Assembly: GCA_040767195.1 (NCBI GenBank)
Contig: JAXGPA010000001.1
Location: 256,001 to 320,000 of the forward strand
Direction: 5' to 3'
Length of the DNA: 64,000 bases
Source: Syntrophales bacterium
Lineage (GTDB): Bacteria > Desulfobacterota > Syntrophia > Syntrophales > UBA6807
The position numbers and the translations under genes were made by a program. The notes beneath the pieces were generated by a model. It had not been told where the DNA came from. It saw only the letters and a list, made by a program, of their open reading frames with translations, and did no database searches. This document shows positions 39,317 through 48,357 of this stretch, one piece after another. Every line of letters begins with the position of its first letter. Position 1 is the stretch's first letter.

Positions 39317-39332
39317 GTTGCATAATTGCAAC
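39317..39332. promoter_or_regulatory. Palindromic candidate regulator site 2
   Basis: GTTGCATAATTGCAAC in the 200-bp intra-cluster gap; overlaps a GG-N10-GC element at 39308-39321. Confidence 0.5.
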
Positions 39333-39488
39333 CCAAAAAGCCCTTTCGGGATCAACGAAAGATCCGTCGGCGGGGTATACGGCACAAAAGACATGTGTGA
39401 AGAATTGAAATGAAGATGGGCGTTCGATGAAGCACGCCCCGCTCCGTCAAAAGGGCGGCGCGGCAGAAAGCAGAAAGGATACAGAAAT

Positions 39489-39989
39489 ATGAAACTGGCT
39501 TTTTCATCAATGGGAAAGGACCTGCAGGCGGAGGTGGACCCCCGGTTCGGCAGGGCCGCTTATTTTATTATCGTTGACAAGGATACCCTGGACTTCGAGG
39601 CGATTCCGAACCCCCATACCCAGGCCGGCGGCGCCGCCGGGATTCAGGCGGCCCGACTCGTCGTGGACCAGGGCGTGACGGCCGTCGTGACGGGAAACTG
39701 CGGGCCGAATGCCTTCCAGGTTCTCCAGGCAGCGGGCGTCCAGGTGATTACCGGCGTGAGCGGCTCCATTAAAGACGCTCTTCCCTCGGTCAAGGCTGGC
39801 CTCTTTGAAAAGGCGGAAAAGCCCAATGTGGGGGATCATTTCGGCATGGCCCCGGCCGCCGGCGGCCTTGGAAAAGGGTCAGGCGCGGGACGGGGCAGAG
39901 GAATGGGCCGAGGCGGCGGACGAGGTGGCGGACAAGGCCAGGGCGGCGGACGAGGCCAGGGCGGTGTTTTCCGTAAAGGGAAAAACTGA
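39489..39989 (+). CDS. NifB/NifX-family orange protein with Gly/Arg-rich tail
   Basis: DPRFGRAAYF, AGIQAA, TGNCGPNAF, HFG and GRGRGMGRGGG tail. Confidence 0.9.
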   Translation: MKLAFSSMGKDLQAEVDPRFGRAAYFIIVDKDTLDFEAIPNPHTQAGGAAGIQAARLVVDQGVTAVVTGNCGPNAFQVLQAAGVQVITGVSGSIKDALPSVKAGLFEKAEKPNVGDHFGMAPAAGGLGKGSGAGRGRGMGRGGGRGGGQGQGGGRGQGGVFRKGKN

Positions 39990-40028
39990 GCTTCCAGAAA
40001 TATAAACCATTCAACAGCAAGGTTTACC

Positions 40029-40925
40029 ATGAAGGGATACAGGATAACCATAGCCAGCGGCAAGGGGGGAACAGGCAAAACGACCTTTGCCACGAACCTC
40101 GCCGCGGTCATTGCGAAAGACGAGCCGGTCACCCTGCTCGACGGTGACGTGGAAGAGCCCAACTGCCATCTGTTTCTCAACCCTTCCATCATTTCAACGG
40201 AAGAGGTGACGGTACCCATCCCGGAGGTTGTGCCTGAAAAGTGCACCGCCTGCGGGATCTGCGCCGACGTCTGCGAGTTCAGCGCCATCATCGTCATCAA
40301 GGACCAGGTTCTGGTTTTCCCGGAACTCTGTCACGGTTGCGGGGCCTGCTGGCGTTTCTGTCCCGAGGACGCCCTTGTTGAAAAGAAAAAGCCCGTCGGG
40401 CGGATCGAGCGGGGAACCGCTTCGGGAATCCGTTTTGTCCACGGTTTTCTCAACATAGGCGAAATTATGACGCCCGCCGTGATCAGTTGCGTCAAGGAAG
40501 AGAGAAAGAACGGGGACATCTGCATCCTTGACGCCCCACCGGGAACGTCCTGCCCCGTCATCGAGGCGGTGAAAGGTTCCGATTTCGTTCTCCTCGTGAC
40601 GGAACCGACGCCTTTCGGCCTTTATGACCTCAGGCTCGCCGTGGACATGGTCCGACAGATGGGGATTCCCTGCGCCGTGGCCGTGAACCGCAGCACCATC
40701 GGGGACGACCGGGTCAACGCCTACTGCCGTGAAGAAAACATCCCCATCCTCGTGGAAGTCCCCGATGACCGCAGGATCGCAGAGGCCTACTCCCGGGGCC
40801 GGCTCATCTCGGAAATGGATGAGGCGTACGAAAAACTGTTCCGGGATCTGTGGACTTCCATCAAGGAGCTGGCGGAAAAAAACAAAACGGACGGATCAAT
40901 TTCGGAAAGACGGCAAGCACCATGA
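40029..40925 (+). CDS. MinD-like P-loop ATPase with inserted 2x[4Fe-4S] domain
   Basis: ASGKGGTGKT, DVEEPN, CTACGICADVC, CHGCGACWRFCP, DAPPGTSCP and EPTPFG motifs. Confidence 0.92.
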   Translation: MKGYRITIASGKGGTGKTTFATNLAAVIAKDEPVTLLDGDVEEPNCHLFLNPSIISTEEVTVPIPEVVPEKCTACGICADVCEFSAIIVIKDQVLVFPELCHGCGACWRFCPEDALVEKKKPVGRIERGTASGIRFVHGFLNIGEIMTPAVISCVKEERKNGDICILDAPPGTSCPVIEAVKGSDFVLLVTEPTPFGLYDLRLAVDMVRQMGIPCAVAVNRSTIGDDRVNAYCREENIPILVEVPDDRRIAEAYSRGRLISEMDEAYEKLFRDLWTSIKELAEKNKTDGSISERRQAP

Positions 40926-41809
40926 AAGAACTCGTTATCATCAGCGGCAAGGGGGGTACGGGCAAGACGAGCCTTGTCGCGTCCTTCGCCGCTCTCGCGA
41001 AAGAAAAGGTTCTCGTCGACTGCGACGTCGACGCGGCGGATCTCCATCTCGTTCTGAACCCGTCCGTGGAAGAGGACGGTGACTTTTCCGGAGGGAAAAA
41101 GGCCCGGGTCCTCGAGGAAGACTGCGTCGCCTGCGGTGCGTGCCTGGAAGCCTGCCGTTTCGATGCCCTGATCGTTCCCGAGGAGGCCTCCGAATCGGGG
41201 ATCCCGGTGGTCAACCCCATCTTCTGCGAAGGATGCGGTGTCTGTTTCCGGGTTTGTCCCGCCGACGCCATTGCCTTCGAACCTGTTGTCAACGGCCGGT
41301 GGTTCCTGTCGCAGACCCGTTACGGTCCCCTGGTCCACGCGAAACTGGGCATCGCCGAGGGGAATTCGGGCAAGCTCGTGTCTCTTCTTCGTGAAAAGGC
41401 CCGGGCCATGGCCGAGGAAAAAAGGATTCCCCTCATTCTTATCGACGGTTCTCCCGGCATCGGCTGCCCCGTGATCGCTTCCATTACGGGAAGCAACCAC
41501 ATCCTCGTGGTCACCGAGCCCACCCTTTCGGGTCGTCACGACCTGTTCCGGGTTCTTGAACTGGCGTCACATTTCCGCATTCCCGTTTCCCTGTGCGTCA
41601 ACAAGTGGGATCTAAACCCGGAAATGACCGAACGTATCGAAGAGGACGCGCGGAAGCGATCGATTCCCCTGGCCGGGAGGGTTTCTTACGATCCCGCCGT
41701 TACGAAGGCCCAGATCGCGGGAACGACGGTCGTTGAGTTCACCGACGGCCCGGTCTCGGGAGAAATACGCGCCCTCTGGAAAAAAACGGAACAAAACCTT
41801 GGTTCCTGA
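40922..41809 (+). CDS. MinD-like P-loop ATPase with inserted 2x[4Fe-4S] domain (paralog)
   Basis: SGKGGTGKT, DCDVDAAD, CVACGAC, CEGCGVC, NSGKLV and DGSPGIGCP motifs; ATG 40922. Confidence 0.92.
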   Translation: MKELVIISGKGGTGKTSLVASFAALAKEKVLVDCDVDAADLHLVLNPSVEEDGDFSGGKKARVLEEDCVACGACLEACRFDALIVPEEASESGIPVVNPIFCEGCGVCFRVCPADAIAFEPVVNGRWFLSQTRYGPLVHAKLGIAEGNSGKLVSLLREKARAMAEEKRIPLILIDGSPGIGCPVIASITGSNHILVVTEPTLSGRHDLFRVLELASHFRIPVSLCVNKWDLNPEMTERIEEDARKRSIPLAGRVSYDPAVTKAQIAGTTVVEFTDGPVSGEIRALWKKTEQNLGS

Positions 41810-42768
41810 TGGGCAAAGATAAAAAGCGCTTTCACCATGTTTACGGTCCCGTCCCGTCGAGACGGCTGGGGAGATCCCTCGGTGTCGATCTCGTTCCCTT
41901 CAAGGTCTGCACGTACGACTGCATTTACTGCCAGCTGGGAAAAACAACGGAAAAAACGGCCTTGAGACGACCTTACGTACCGGTCGAACCCCTCATGGAT
42001 GAATTAAAGGGCGCCCTTGACAGGGAAGCACGGCCTGATTATATCACTCTTTCAGGTTCGGGAGAGCCGACCCTTCACAGCGAGCTGGGAAGGATCATGA
42101 CGGCGGTCCGGAAAATGACGGACATTTCCCTGGCGGTCATTACCAATGGTTCCCTGCTGTGGGACGAAGACGTGAGGATGTCTCTTCGAAAGGCCGACCT
42201 TCTCGTCCCTTCCCTGGACGGGGGTAACGGGACCCTGTTCCGGAGAATCAACCGCCCCTGCCGTGAAATCACTTTCCCGAAGATGATCGACGGCCTTTTC
42301 CGGATGCGGGATGAATACCCCGGGCCATTCTGGCTCGAGGTTTTCCTCGTCTCCGGGTTGAACGACGACGAAGAGGCCCTCGGGAACCTGAAAAGCCTGA
42401 TCGACCGGATGGGGCCGGACCGGGTCCAGCTGAACACCAACGTCAGAAGCCCGGCCAGAAAGGCGGCCCCTCCCGTGGACGCCGAAAAAATGAAGGCCAT
42501 CGCCCGGTCCTTCGGAGACCCGTGGGAGGTCGTGACGGCACTGGAAGCTTCCAGCGGCGTGGAACCCTCCCTGTCCCGGGAGCGGGAGGCCGCCATCCTG
42601 GAAATGATCGAACGGAGGCCTTCGACAGCCGAGGATGTCGCCTCGGGACTCGGCCTGGCCGTCAATGAAGTCATCAAGCTCCTCGACGGAACCGCCTTGC
42701 GGGGCAGCGTCGAAACCTTCCAGTCGGGAGAAGAAATCTATTACACCCGGAAACGCCGACACCAGTAA
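41809..42768 (+). CDS. Radical SAM protein
   Basis: YGPVPSRRLGRSLGVD, CTYDCIYC and SGSGEPTL motifs. Confidence 0.92.
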   Translation: MGKDKKRFHHVYGPVPSRRLGRSLGVDLVPFKVCTYDCIYCQLGKTTEKTALRRPYVPVEPLMDELKGALDREARPDYITLSGSGEPTLHSELGRIMTAVRKMTDISLAVITNGSLLWDEDVRMSLRKADLLVPSLDGGNGTLFRRINRPCREITFPKMIDGLFRMRDEYPGPFWLEVFLVSGLNDDEEALGNLKSLIDRMGPDRVQLNTNVRSPARKAAPPVDAEKMKAIARSFGDPWEVVTALEASSGVEPSLSREREAAILEMIERRPSTAEDVASGLGLAVNEVIKLLDGTALRGSVETFQSGEEIYYTRKRRHQ

Positions 42769-42782
42769 AGGAGGTTGTCTCA

Positions 42783-44048
42783 ATGAGCCACGATAACGAC
42801 CGTGATCACCGCAGTTCGGGTGATCGCGCAGACAAGGGCAATGCCGCTTCCGAAAAAAAAGGGCCGGACAAGGACGCCATCGAGAAGCGGATGTCCCGGA
42901 TCCGCCATAAAATCATGGTCCTTTCCGGCAAGGGCGGGGTCGGTAAAAGCACCGTCGCCGCCAACCTGGCCATAGCGCTCGCCATGGAGGGAAAGCAGGT
43001 GGGCCTTCTGGACGTGGATTTTCACGGTCCAAGCATCCCCACCCTGCTCCATCTGCAGGGCCGCCAGCTTTCTTATGACGGCGAAGCCATCGCACCGGTG
43101 AAATTTTCCGAAAACCTGAAGGTGTTCTCCCTGGGGTTCCTGCTCAAGAACGAGGACGACGCCGTCATCTGGCGGGGCCCCATGAAAATCAACGTGATCA
43201 AGCAGATCCTCTCGGAAACCGACTGGGGGGACCTGGACTACCTGATCATGGACTTCCCCCCGGGGACCGGCGATGAACCCCTTTCCATCGCCCAGATGCT
43301 TCCGTCAAGCGACGGGGCGGTCATCGTCACGACCCCCCAGAACCTTTCCATCATAGACGTGCGGAAGTCCATCAATTTCTGCCGCCAGGTCCATGTGCCT
43401 CTCCTGGGGGTCGTGGAAAACATGAGCGGTTTCGTCTGTCCGAACTGCCATGAACTGGTGAATCTTTTCAAAGCCGGCGGCGGTGAGACCATGGCGAAGG
43501 AAATGGGTGTCCCCTTCCTGGGCCGGATTCCCATCGATCCGGCCGTTGCCGAAGCCTCCGACGAGGGCAGGCCTTTCGTTTATTTCCATGGAAAAACGGA
43601 GGCCGGTAAAGCGTTTACCGCCATCGCCGCGGCCATCATGGCTAAAGAAGAAGGCCTCTCGAAAAACACCGAGAACGAGAGCGGGAAGAAAACCCATGAG
43701 GGGCCTGTCGTGAAGGTGGCCGTTCCGGTCACGGAAAATCGCCTGAGCGCCCATTTCGGCCACTGTGACGTCTTTTCCGTTTTTGACGTGGACACGGTGA
43801 AAAAAAGCGTTCTTTCCCGCCAGGACCTGCCGGCCCCGCCCCACGAACCGGGGCTTCTTCCCCGGTGGCTCCACGAACGGGGTGTCCAGTTGATTCTCGC
43901 CGGCGGCATGGGTCAGCGGGCCCAGGACCTCTTTTCCCAGAAAGGGATCCGGGTCATGGTAGGGGCCCCCTCGGAATCTCCCGAAGCGGTCGTGGCCGCC
44001 TGGCTGGACGGCTCCCTCCGGCTCGGGTCGAATCTCTGCGACCACTGA
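42783..44048 (+). CDS. Mrp/NBP35 Fe-S carrier ATPase fused to a C-terminal NifX/orange domain
   Basis: SGKGGVGKST, WRGP, DFPPGTGD, ENMS..CPNC; then HFGHC, HEPG, GGMG, NLCDH. Confidence 0.92.
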   Translation: MSHDNDRDHRSSGDRADKGNAASEKKGPDKDAIEKRMSRIRHKIMVLSGKGGVGKSTVAANLAIALAMEGKQVGLLDVDFHGPSIPTLLHLQGRQLSYDGEAIAPVKFSENLKVFSLGFLLKNEDDAVIWRGPMKINVIKQILSETDWGDLDYLIMDFPPGTGDEPLSIAQMLPSSDGAVIVTTPQNLSIIDVRKSINFCRQVHVPLLGVVENMSGFVCPNCHELVNLFKAGGGETMAKEMGVPFLGRIPIDPAVAEASDEGRPFVYFHGKTEAGKAFTAIAAAIMAKEEGLSKNTENESGKKTHEGPVVKVAVPVTENRLSAHFGHCDVFSVFDVDTVKKSVLSRQDLPAPPHEPGLLPRWLHERGVQLILAGGMGQRAQDLFSQKGIRVMVGAPSESPEAVVAAWLDGSLRLGSNLCDH

Positions 44049-44073
44049 TTAAACGGAGGAAAACGGAGAGGTC

Positions 44074-44508
44074 GTGGAAACGGAAGAAAAGATCCTTGCC
44101 GAGATGATGGGCCTTCTGGAGGAAAAAGGGATCGGCCGGTTTTCAGAAGCCCTCAAGCGTCACGGCATGCACCCGGAACATTACGGAAAATTGGACCGGC
44201 CGGATGGGTTCGGTGAACTCACCGGGTCCTGCGGAGACACGGTGGAGATGTCCCTCCGTGTCCGAAACGGCCGGGTCTCGGAAAGCCGGTTCACCACCGA
44301 CGGGTGTTTTTTCACCGTCGCCGCCTGCGACGCGGCGGCTGCCATGGCCGAGGGGAAGTCCCTGGCCGACTGTCTCAGAATCAACAGGAGCGCCATCCTG
44401 GAATACCTGGAAAACATGCCCGGGGATCACCACCACTGCGCCGATCTCGCGGCCCGTGTATTTCACAAGGCGCTTCGGGATTTTGTCATAAAAAAGAAAA
44501 GACCATAA
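44074..44508 (+). CDS. NifU/IscU N-terminal-like Fe-S scaffold protein
   Basis: TGSCGDT, TDGC and HHHCA: the three conserved Cys. Confidence 0.85.
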   Translation: METEEKILAEMMGLLEEKGIGRFSEALKRHGMHPEHYGKLDRPDGFGELTGSCGDTVEMSLRVRNGRVSESRFTTDGCFFTVAACDAAAAMAEGKSLADCLRINRSAILEYLENMPGDHHHCADLAARVFHKALRDFVIKKKRP

Positions 44509-44541
44509 AACCCAAAAAACTTCAGGAGTAAGGAGGCTTTC

Positions 44542-45567
44542 ATGTTTTACGAGGAACGGTGCGATTTTTGCGGTGAATGCCTGGAGAGATGCCACTACCT
44601 TGATTTCGACAAGGAAAGCGGGGCGGAAGCCTTTCGAAAACTTGTGGCGGGAGAAAAATCCGACTGGCTTTACGACTGCATCACCTGTATCGCCTGCAAC
44701 GAGTACTGCCCGAAAGACGCGCGGCCTTTCGACCTCATCATCCAGCGGATGGAGGAGGCGGGAGACTTCACCGATCCGGCGCTCCGGGCCAAGATGGCCT
44801 CCCGCTTCGCCGCCGAGGGAGAGCCCAAGGCCATGGAACCGGCGGACCGGGCCATTTCGCTGTGCGTCATGGAAGGCAGCATGCCCTGGGCCATTCACGG
44901 GAAGCTCTTCGAAGGGCTTCCCGCCATGAAGGGACGCCACTTTTTCTGCAACGTCCTGTTCGCCCACATGGGGGACGAATCGATCATGCGGGACCGCCTC
45001 CAGGGTCTCGTGGACAACCTGGCCAAATCGGGAGCGAAGGAAATCGTCTTCATCCACGACGACTGCTACGCCCTTCTCAAGGGACTGGCCCCGGAATACG
45101 GAATAGAGCTTCCCTTCCGGCCCGTTCCCATTTTCGAGCACATTCTCGATTACCTGAAGGCCCACCCGGAGGACGTCCGTAAGCTCGGCATGAAAGTCGC
45201 CTACCAGAGACCCTGCGCCTCGCGGTACACGCCCGAGAAAGACCCCCTTCTCGATGAGATATTCGACCTCATCGGCGTGGAACGGGTAAAGCGGGAATAT
45301 GACGGCATCAATCAGCTGTGCTGCGGCGTGGAACTGGCGGGACCGAACCTGAAGCTTTTCCCCCGGGGAAAGAATTACGAGCCCTTCCGGGAAATGAATG
45401 TGAAGGACGCCCGTGAGGCCGGCGCCGAGGCCATGATCTACCTGTGCCCCATGTGCTACAAGACCCTGGGGCAGAAGGTCCTGGACTACGGGATGAAAAA
45501 CTACATGATCAGCGACCTCTGCCGGCTGGCCCTGGGAGAAACGCTGCCCGAGGACAAGCCTCTCTGA
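44542..45567 (+). CDS. Fe-S protein with ferredoxin-like N-terminus and CCG (HdrB/HdrD-like) domains
   Basis: CDFCGECLERC, CITCIACNEYCP, HDDCY, YQRPC, LCCG and LCPMC motifs. Confidence 0.85.
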   Translation: MFYEERCDFCGECLERCHYLDFDKESGAEAFRKLVAGEKSDWLYDCITCIACNEYCPKDARPFDLIIQRMEEAGDFTDPALRAKMASRFAAEGEPKAMEPADRAISLCVMEGSMPWAIHGKLFEGLPAMKGRHFFCNVLFAHMGDESIMRDRLQGLVDNLAKSGAKEIVFIHDDCYALLKGLAPEYGIELPFRPVPIFEHILDYLKAHPEDVRKLGMKVAYQRPCASRYTPEKDPLLDEIFDLIGVERVKREYDGINQLCCGVELAGPNLKLFPRGKNYEPFREMNVKDAREAGAEAMIYLCPMCYKTLGQKVLDYGMKNYMISDLCRLALGETLPEDKPL

Positions 45568-45662
45568 AGGCTGGAAAAACCGCTTAAAGGACAAGGGACC
45601 GCCACCGCCGGACGGCCCCATGAAGCCCGATAAGAACTCAATTTGAAAGGCATTTTAGAAAT

Positions 45663-45704
45663 CCGGGGGCCCCTTTCCCATGGGGAGGGGCCCCCGGTGT
45701 TTCT
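45663..45704. terminator. Strong GC hairpin between convergent genes
   Basis: CCGGGGGCCCCT...AGGGGCCCCCGG 12-bp perfect stem followed by TGTTTCT. Confidence 0.55.
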
Positions 45705-45828
45705 ATGCCGTTTTCCGGGCGCTCGCGGCGGCTGTTTCCTCCCCCTCAAACTCCGCCCGAAGGCCCCCTGTGAAACGGGGAGGAGGGCGGAAGCCCCGGG
45801 ACCTGCCCCGGGATTTTCAGGATGTTTT

Positions 45829-46353
45829 TCAGCCCCCGTCGAGCCCCGTTCTTTCCTTGTCCCGGAACCAGCCCGCGGGGTTTGTCATGAGCTCCTCCGT
45901 GTCCTTCAGGGAAACGTAGTGCTCATGCTCCATGTCCGCGAGAAGGTTGAAAAAAGCCTTTTCCTTCGGGTCCGTCACCTTGTCCCTCAGGTCGGCGTAG
46001 TAAACGGCCCCCGCCGCCTCGAAGTCGATGGCCTTCCGCACCGCCGCCAGGTCGTCCTCGTTTCCCGGAGGCATCTTGGCCTCCTTTTCCACGAAGCCCT
46101 TCAGGACATCCCGGACACGGGTGTTTTCCACCTTCAGAGGCAGGGATTCGGGCCACTTCTGATCCTTGTCCCACCTGCCGTGAAGCTCTTTAAGCCTTTC
46201 ATAATGCTCCAGTTCCTCGTCGGCGATCTGCTGGAACATGGCCTTTCCGACGGGATTTTTCGTCCGTTTCGCGTTTTGAAGATAGAACTCCCGCTCCCGG
46301 GTCTCGTTCTCGAGGGCCACTTCCAGGGCGTCAAGCCGTTCCCTGTCTTTCAT
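45829..46353 (-). CDS. Ferritin-like / rubrerythrin-domain protein
   Basis: ALENE..EREFY, EELEH, AIDFE and MEHEH ExxH motifs. Confidence 0.88.
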   Translation of the reverse strand: MKDRERLDALEVALENETREREFYLQNAKRTKNPVGKAMFQQIADEELEHYERLKELHGRWDKDQKWPESLPLKVENTRVRDVLKGFVEKEAKMPPGNEDDLAAVRKAIDFEAAGAVYYADLRDKVTDPKEKAFFNLLADMEHEHYVSLKDTEELMTNPAGWFRDKERTGLDGG

Positions 46354-46441
46354 CTTTTCTCTCCTTCCCCATGGTTTCTCTGTCACGTCAGCGAAGACAA
46401 CCGGCTTTCAGGATAAACAAAAGGACTCAGGCGGTCAAGGC

Positions 46442-47200
46442 TCATTTCCCCTCCGGCCCCGAGAGAACGAGGTCTTTGAACCACGCCCGAACACCCTCGT
46501 TGGTGTCCTCCGTGTCGGACAGGAGAACGACAGCCGCCACACCGGGAGGGTCCTTGCCGAAACAGCGCCGGAAATCGTCCACCAGGTTTCGATTCTCCCG
46601 AACCCACCGGCCGGCTTTCTCGTTTCCGCGCTCCAGGATGATCATCTTTCTTCGGGAGGAACGGGGATCGCTCAACAGGGCTCCCTCGGGAGGGCTGTTT
46701 CCCCAGAGATAATCGATGGCGAGGCCCGCCGGTTCGAGAGGCGGCAGGGTGATGCCCGTGTATTCGAGGAGTCCCCTGACAAGGGGGTGCCTGTCCGGAG
46801 ACATCGCCGTTTTCCCGAAAATCACCCGGAGCCGGGCGGCGGCGTCGCTTCGGTCCCGGGTGTCTTCCCTCGCCATTCCCACGGTCCGGTTCACCTTCCA
46901 GGACCAGGACAGGCGGGGACACGACAGGGAAGGCAGGCCGTCAAGGGGCTTCATGGCCCCAGATATGCTGTTCAGGCTTTTGATGTGAAGAACCGGGGTG
47001 TTCCCCTCCTTTTCCAGGGAAATGACGTTTTCTCTCTTCCCCAGGTAGGAGACCGGTTCCCATCCCCCGGGGAGACCGTTTTCCTCCTCCGGCCTTTCAA
47101 AGTCGAGGGCGGGGCATGGGCCGGCGGGGTAAACGGCGGGGATAAAAAAGACAACGACAATCCCCGTCAGAAGGATTCCGAAAAAAATCGTCCGTGCCAT
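46442..47200 (-). CDS. DUF3047-like exported protein
   Basis: Signal peptide; LSWSWKV, DAAARLRVIF, IDYLW, WVRENRNLVDDFRRCFG and SDTEDT motifs. Confidence 0.75.
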   Translation of the reverse strand: MARTIFFGILLTGIVVVFFIPAVYPAGPCPALDFERPEEENGLPGGWEPVSYLGKRENVISLEKEGNTPVLHIKSLNSISGAMKPLDGLPSLSCPRLSWSWKVNRTVGMAREDTRDRSDAAARLRVIFGKTAMSPDRHPLVRGLLEYTGITLPPLEPAGLAIDYLWGNSPPEGALLSDPRSSRRKMIILERGNEKAGRWVRENRNLVDDFRRCFGKDPPGVAAVVLLSDTEDTNEGVRAWFKDLVLSGPEGK

Positions 47201-47239
47201 GGATCGGCCCCTGTTTTCCCACTCTGCTTCGAAGGCCCG

Positions 47240-48175
47240 TCAGGAGAAAGACTCGCCGGGGGTGAAACGAAACCCCCGGAGAAAGTCTTTCACCGGCATA
47301 CGCTTCTTGCCTTCCAGCTGCACGTCCCGGAGATACACCAGGCCGTCCCGGGCAACCACGGGCAGGCCTTTGTCCGACGCCGCCAGGACCGTTCCCGGCC
47401 CGGCCTCCGGCCCGGAGCGTTCCCAGGATGCCCCGTAAATCTTTATTTTTTTCCCCCGGAGAAAGGTGTAGGCTCCCGGATGGGCAGACAAGCCGCGGAT
47501 GAGGTTCACGATCTTCCTTCCTTCCCGGTCCCAGTTGATGAGCCCCATGTCCGGGGGAAGCTTCGGGGCGAAAGTGGCCCTTTTCCCCTCCTGGGGTATC
47601 CGCGGCGCCGTACCGTTTTCGATTTTTCCGATGGCCTCGACGAGAAGGCGGGCACCCTTCTCCGCCAGCCGCTCATGGAGGGAATCATAGGTGTCTTCGG
47701 GCCCGATGGGAACCTCTTCCTGGAGGATCATGTCCCCGGCGTCCACTTCCTCGCTCATGAAAAGGACGGTCACCCCCGTTTTTTCCTCCCCCCGGATGAG
47801 GGCCCAGTTGATGGGTGCCGCGCCGCGGTACCGGGGCAGGAGGGACGGATGGACGTTGACGCATCCCCAGGGGGGGCTCTCGAGGATCTCCCGGGGGAGG
47901 ATCTGCCCGAAGGCGACCAGAACGACCAGCTCGGGATTCAATTCCCTGAAAAGGGACAGGAAGGATTCATCACGAACCTTCTCGGGCTGGTAGATCATGA
48001 GACCGAGTTCTTCGGCCAGCGTTTTCACCGGAGGGGGTTCGTGCTTTTTCCCTCTTCCCCGGGGACGGTCCGGCTGGGTGACCACCCCGATGACGGGATA
48101 CCCGGCTTTGACAAGACCCTCCAGGGAGGGGACGGAAAATTCCGGTGTGCCCATGAACAGAGTCTTCGGCTTCAT
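47240..48175 (-). CDS. fmt: Methionyl-tRNA formyltransferase
   Basis: FMGTPEF, TQPDRPRGRG and NVHPSLLPRYRGAAPI motifs. Confidence 0.97.
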   Translation of the reverse strand: MKPKTLFMGTPEFSVPSLEGLVKAGYPVIGVVTQPDRPRGRGKKHEPPPVKTLAEELGLMIYQPEKVRDESFLSLFRELNPELVVLVAFGQILPREILESPPWGCVNVHPSLLPRYRGAAPINWALIRGEEKTGVTVLFMSEEVDAGDMILQEEVPIGPEDTYDSLHERLAEKGARLLVEAIGKIENGTAPRIPQEGKRATFAPKLPPDMGLINWDREGRKIVNLIRGLSAHPGAYTFLRGKKIKIYGASWERSGPEAGPGTVLAASDKGLPVVARDGLVYLRDVQLEGKKRMPVKDFLRGFRFTPGESFS

Positions 48176-48357
48176 GATCGTCCTTCCTTTGGAACGGCCC
48201 TTCCATCGGCCGTTTCACCGAATTTTCCATACCAGGATTCATCCCGGCCTGTCAATTTTACCTCCCTCGCCGCCGTCTCCCTTCTTGACGGCGGGTGACG
48301 TTCGCAGTAAGAATGGCGGCAAACGTCATAGCGAAATCCACGGAAAGGGGATATGCC

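Noticed and set aside
39880..39965. GGCGGCGGACGAGG direct repeats
   Set aside because: Coding for the Gly/Arg-rich tail that is common in NifX/orange proteins
47240..48175. fmt without adjacent def
   Set aside because: Separation of def and fmt is common and not informative
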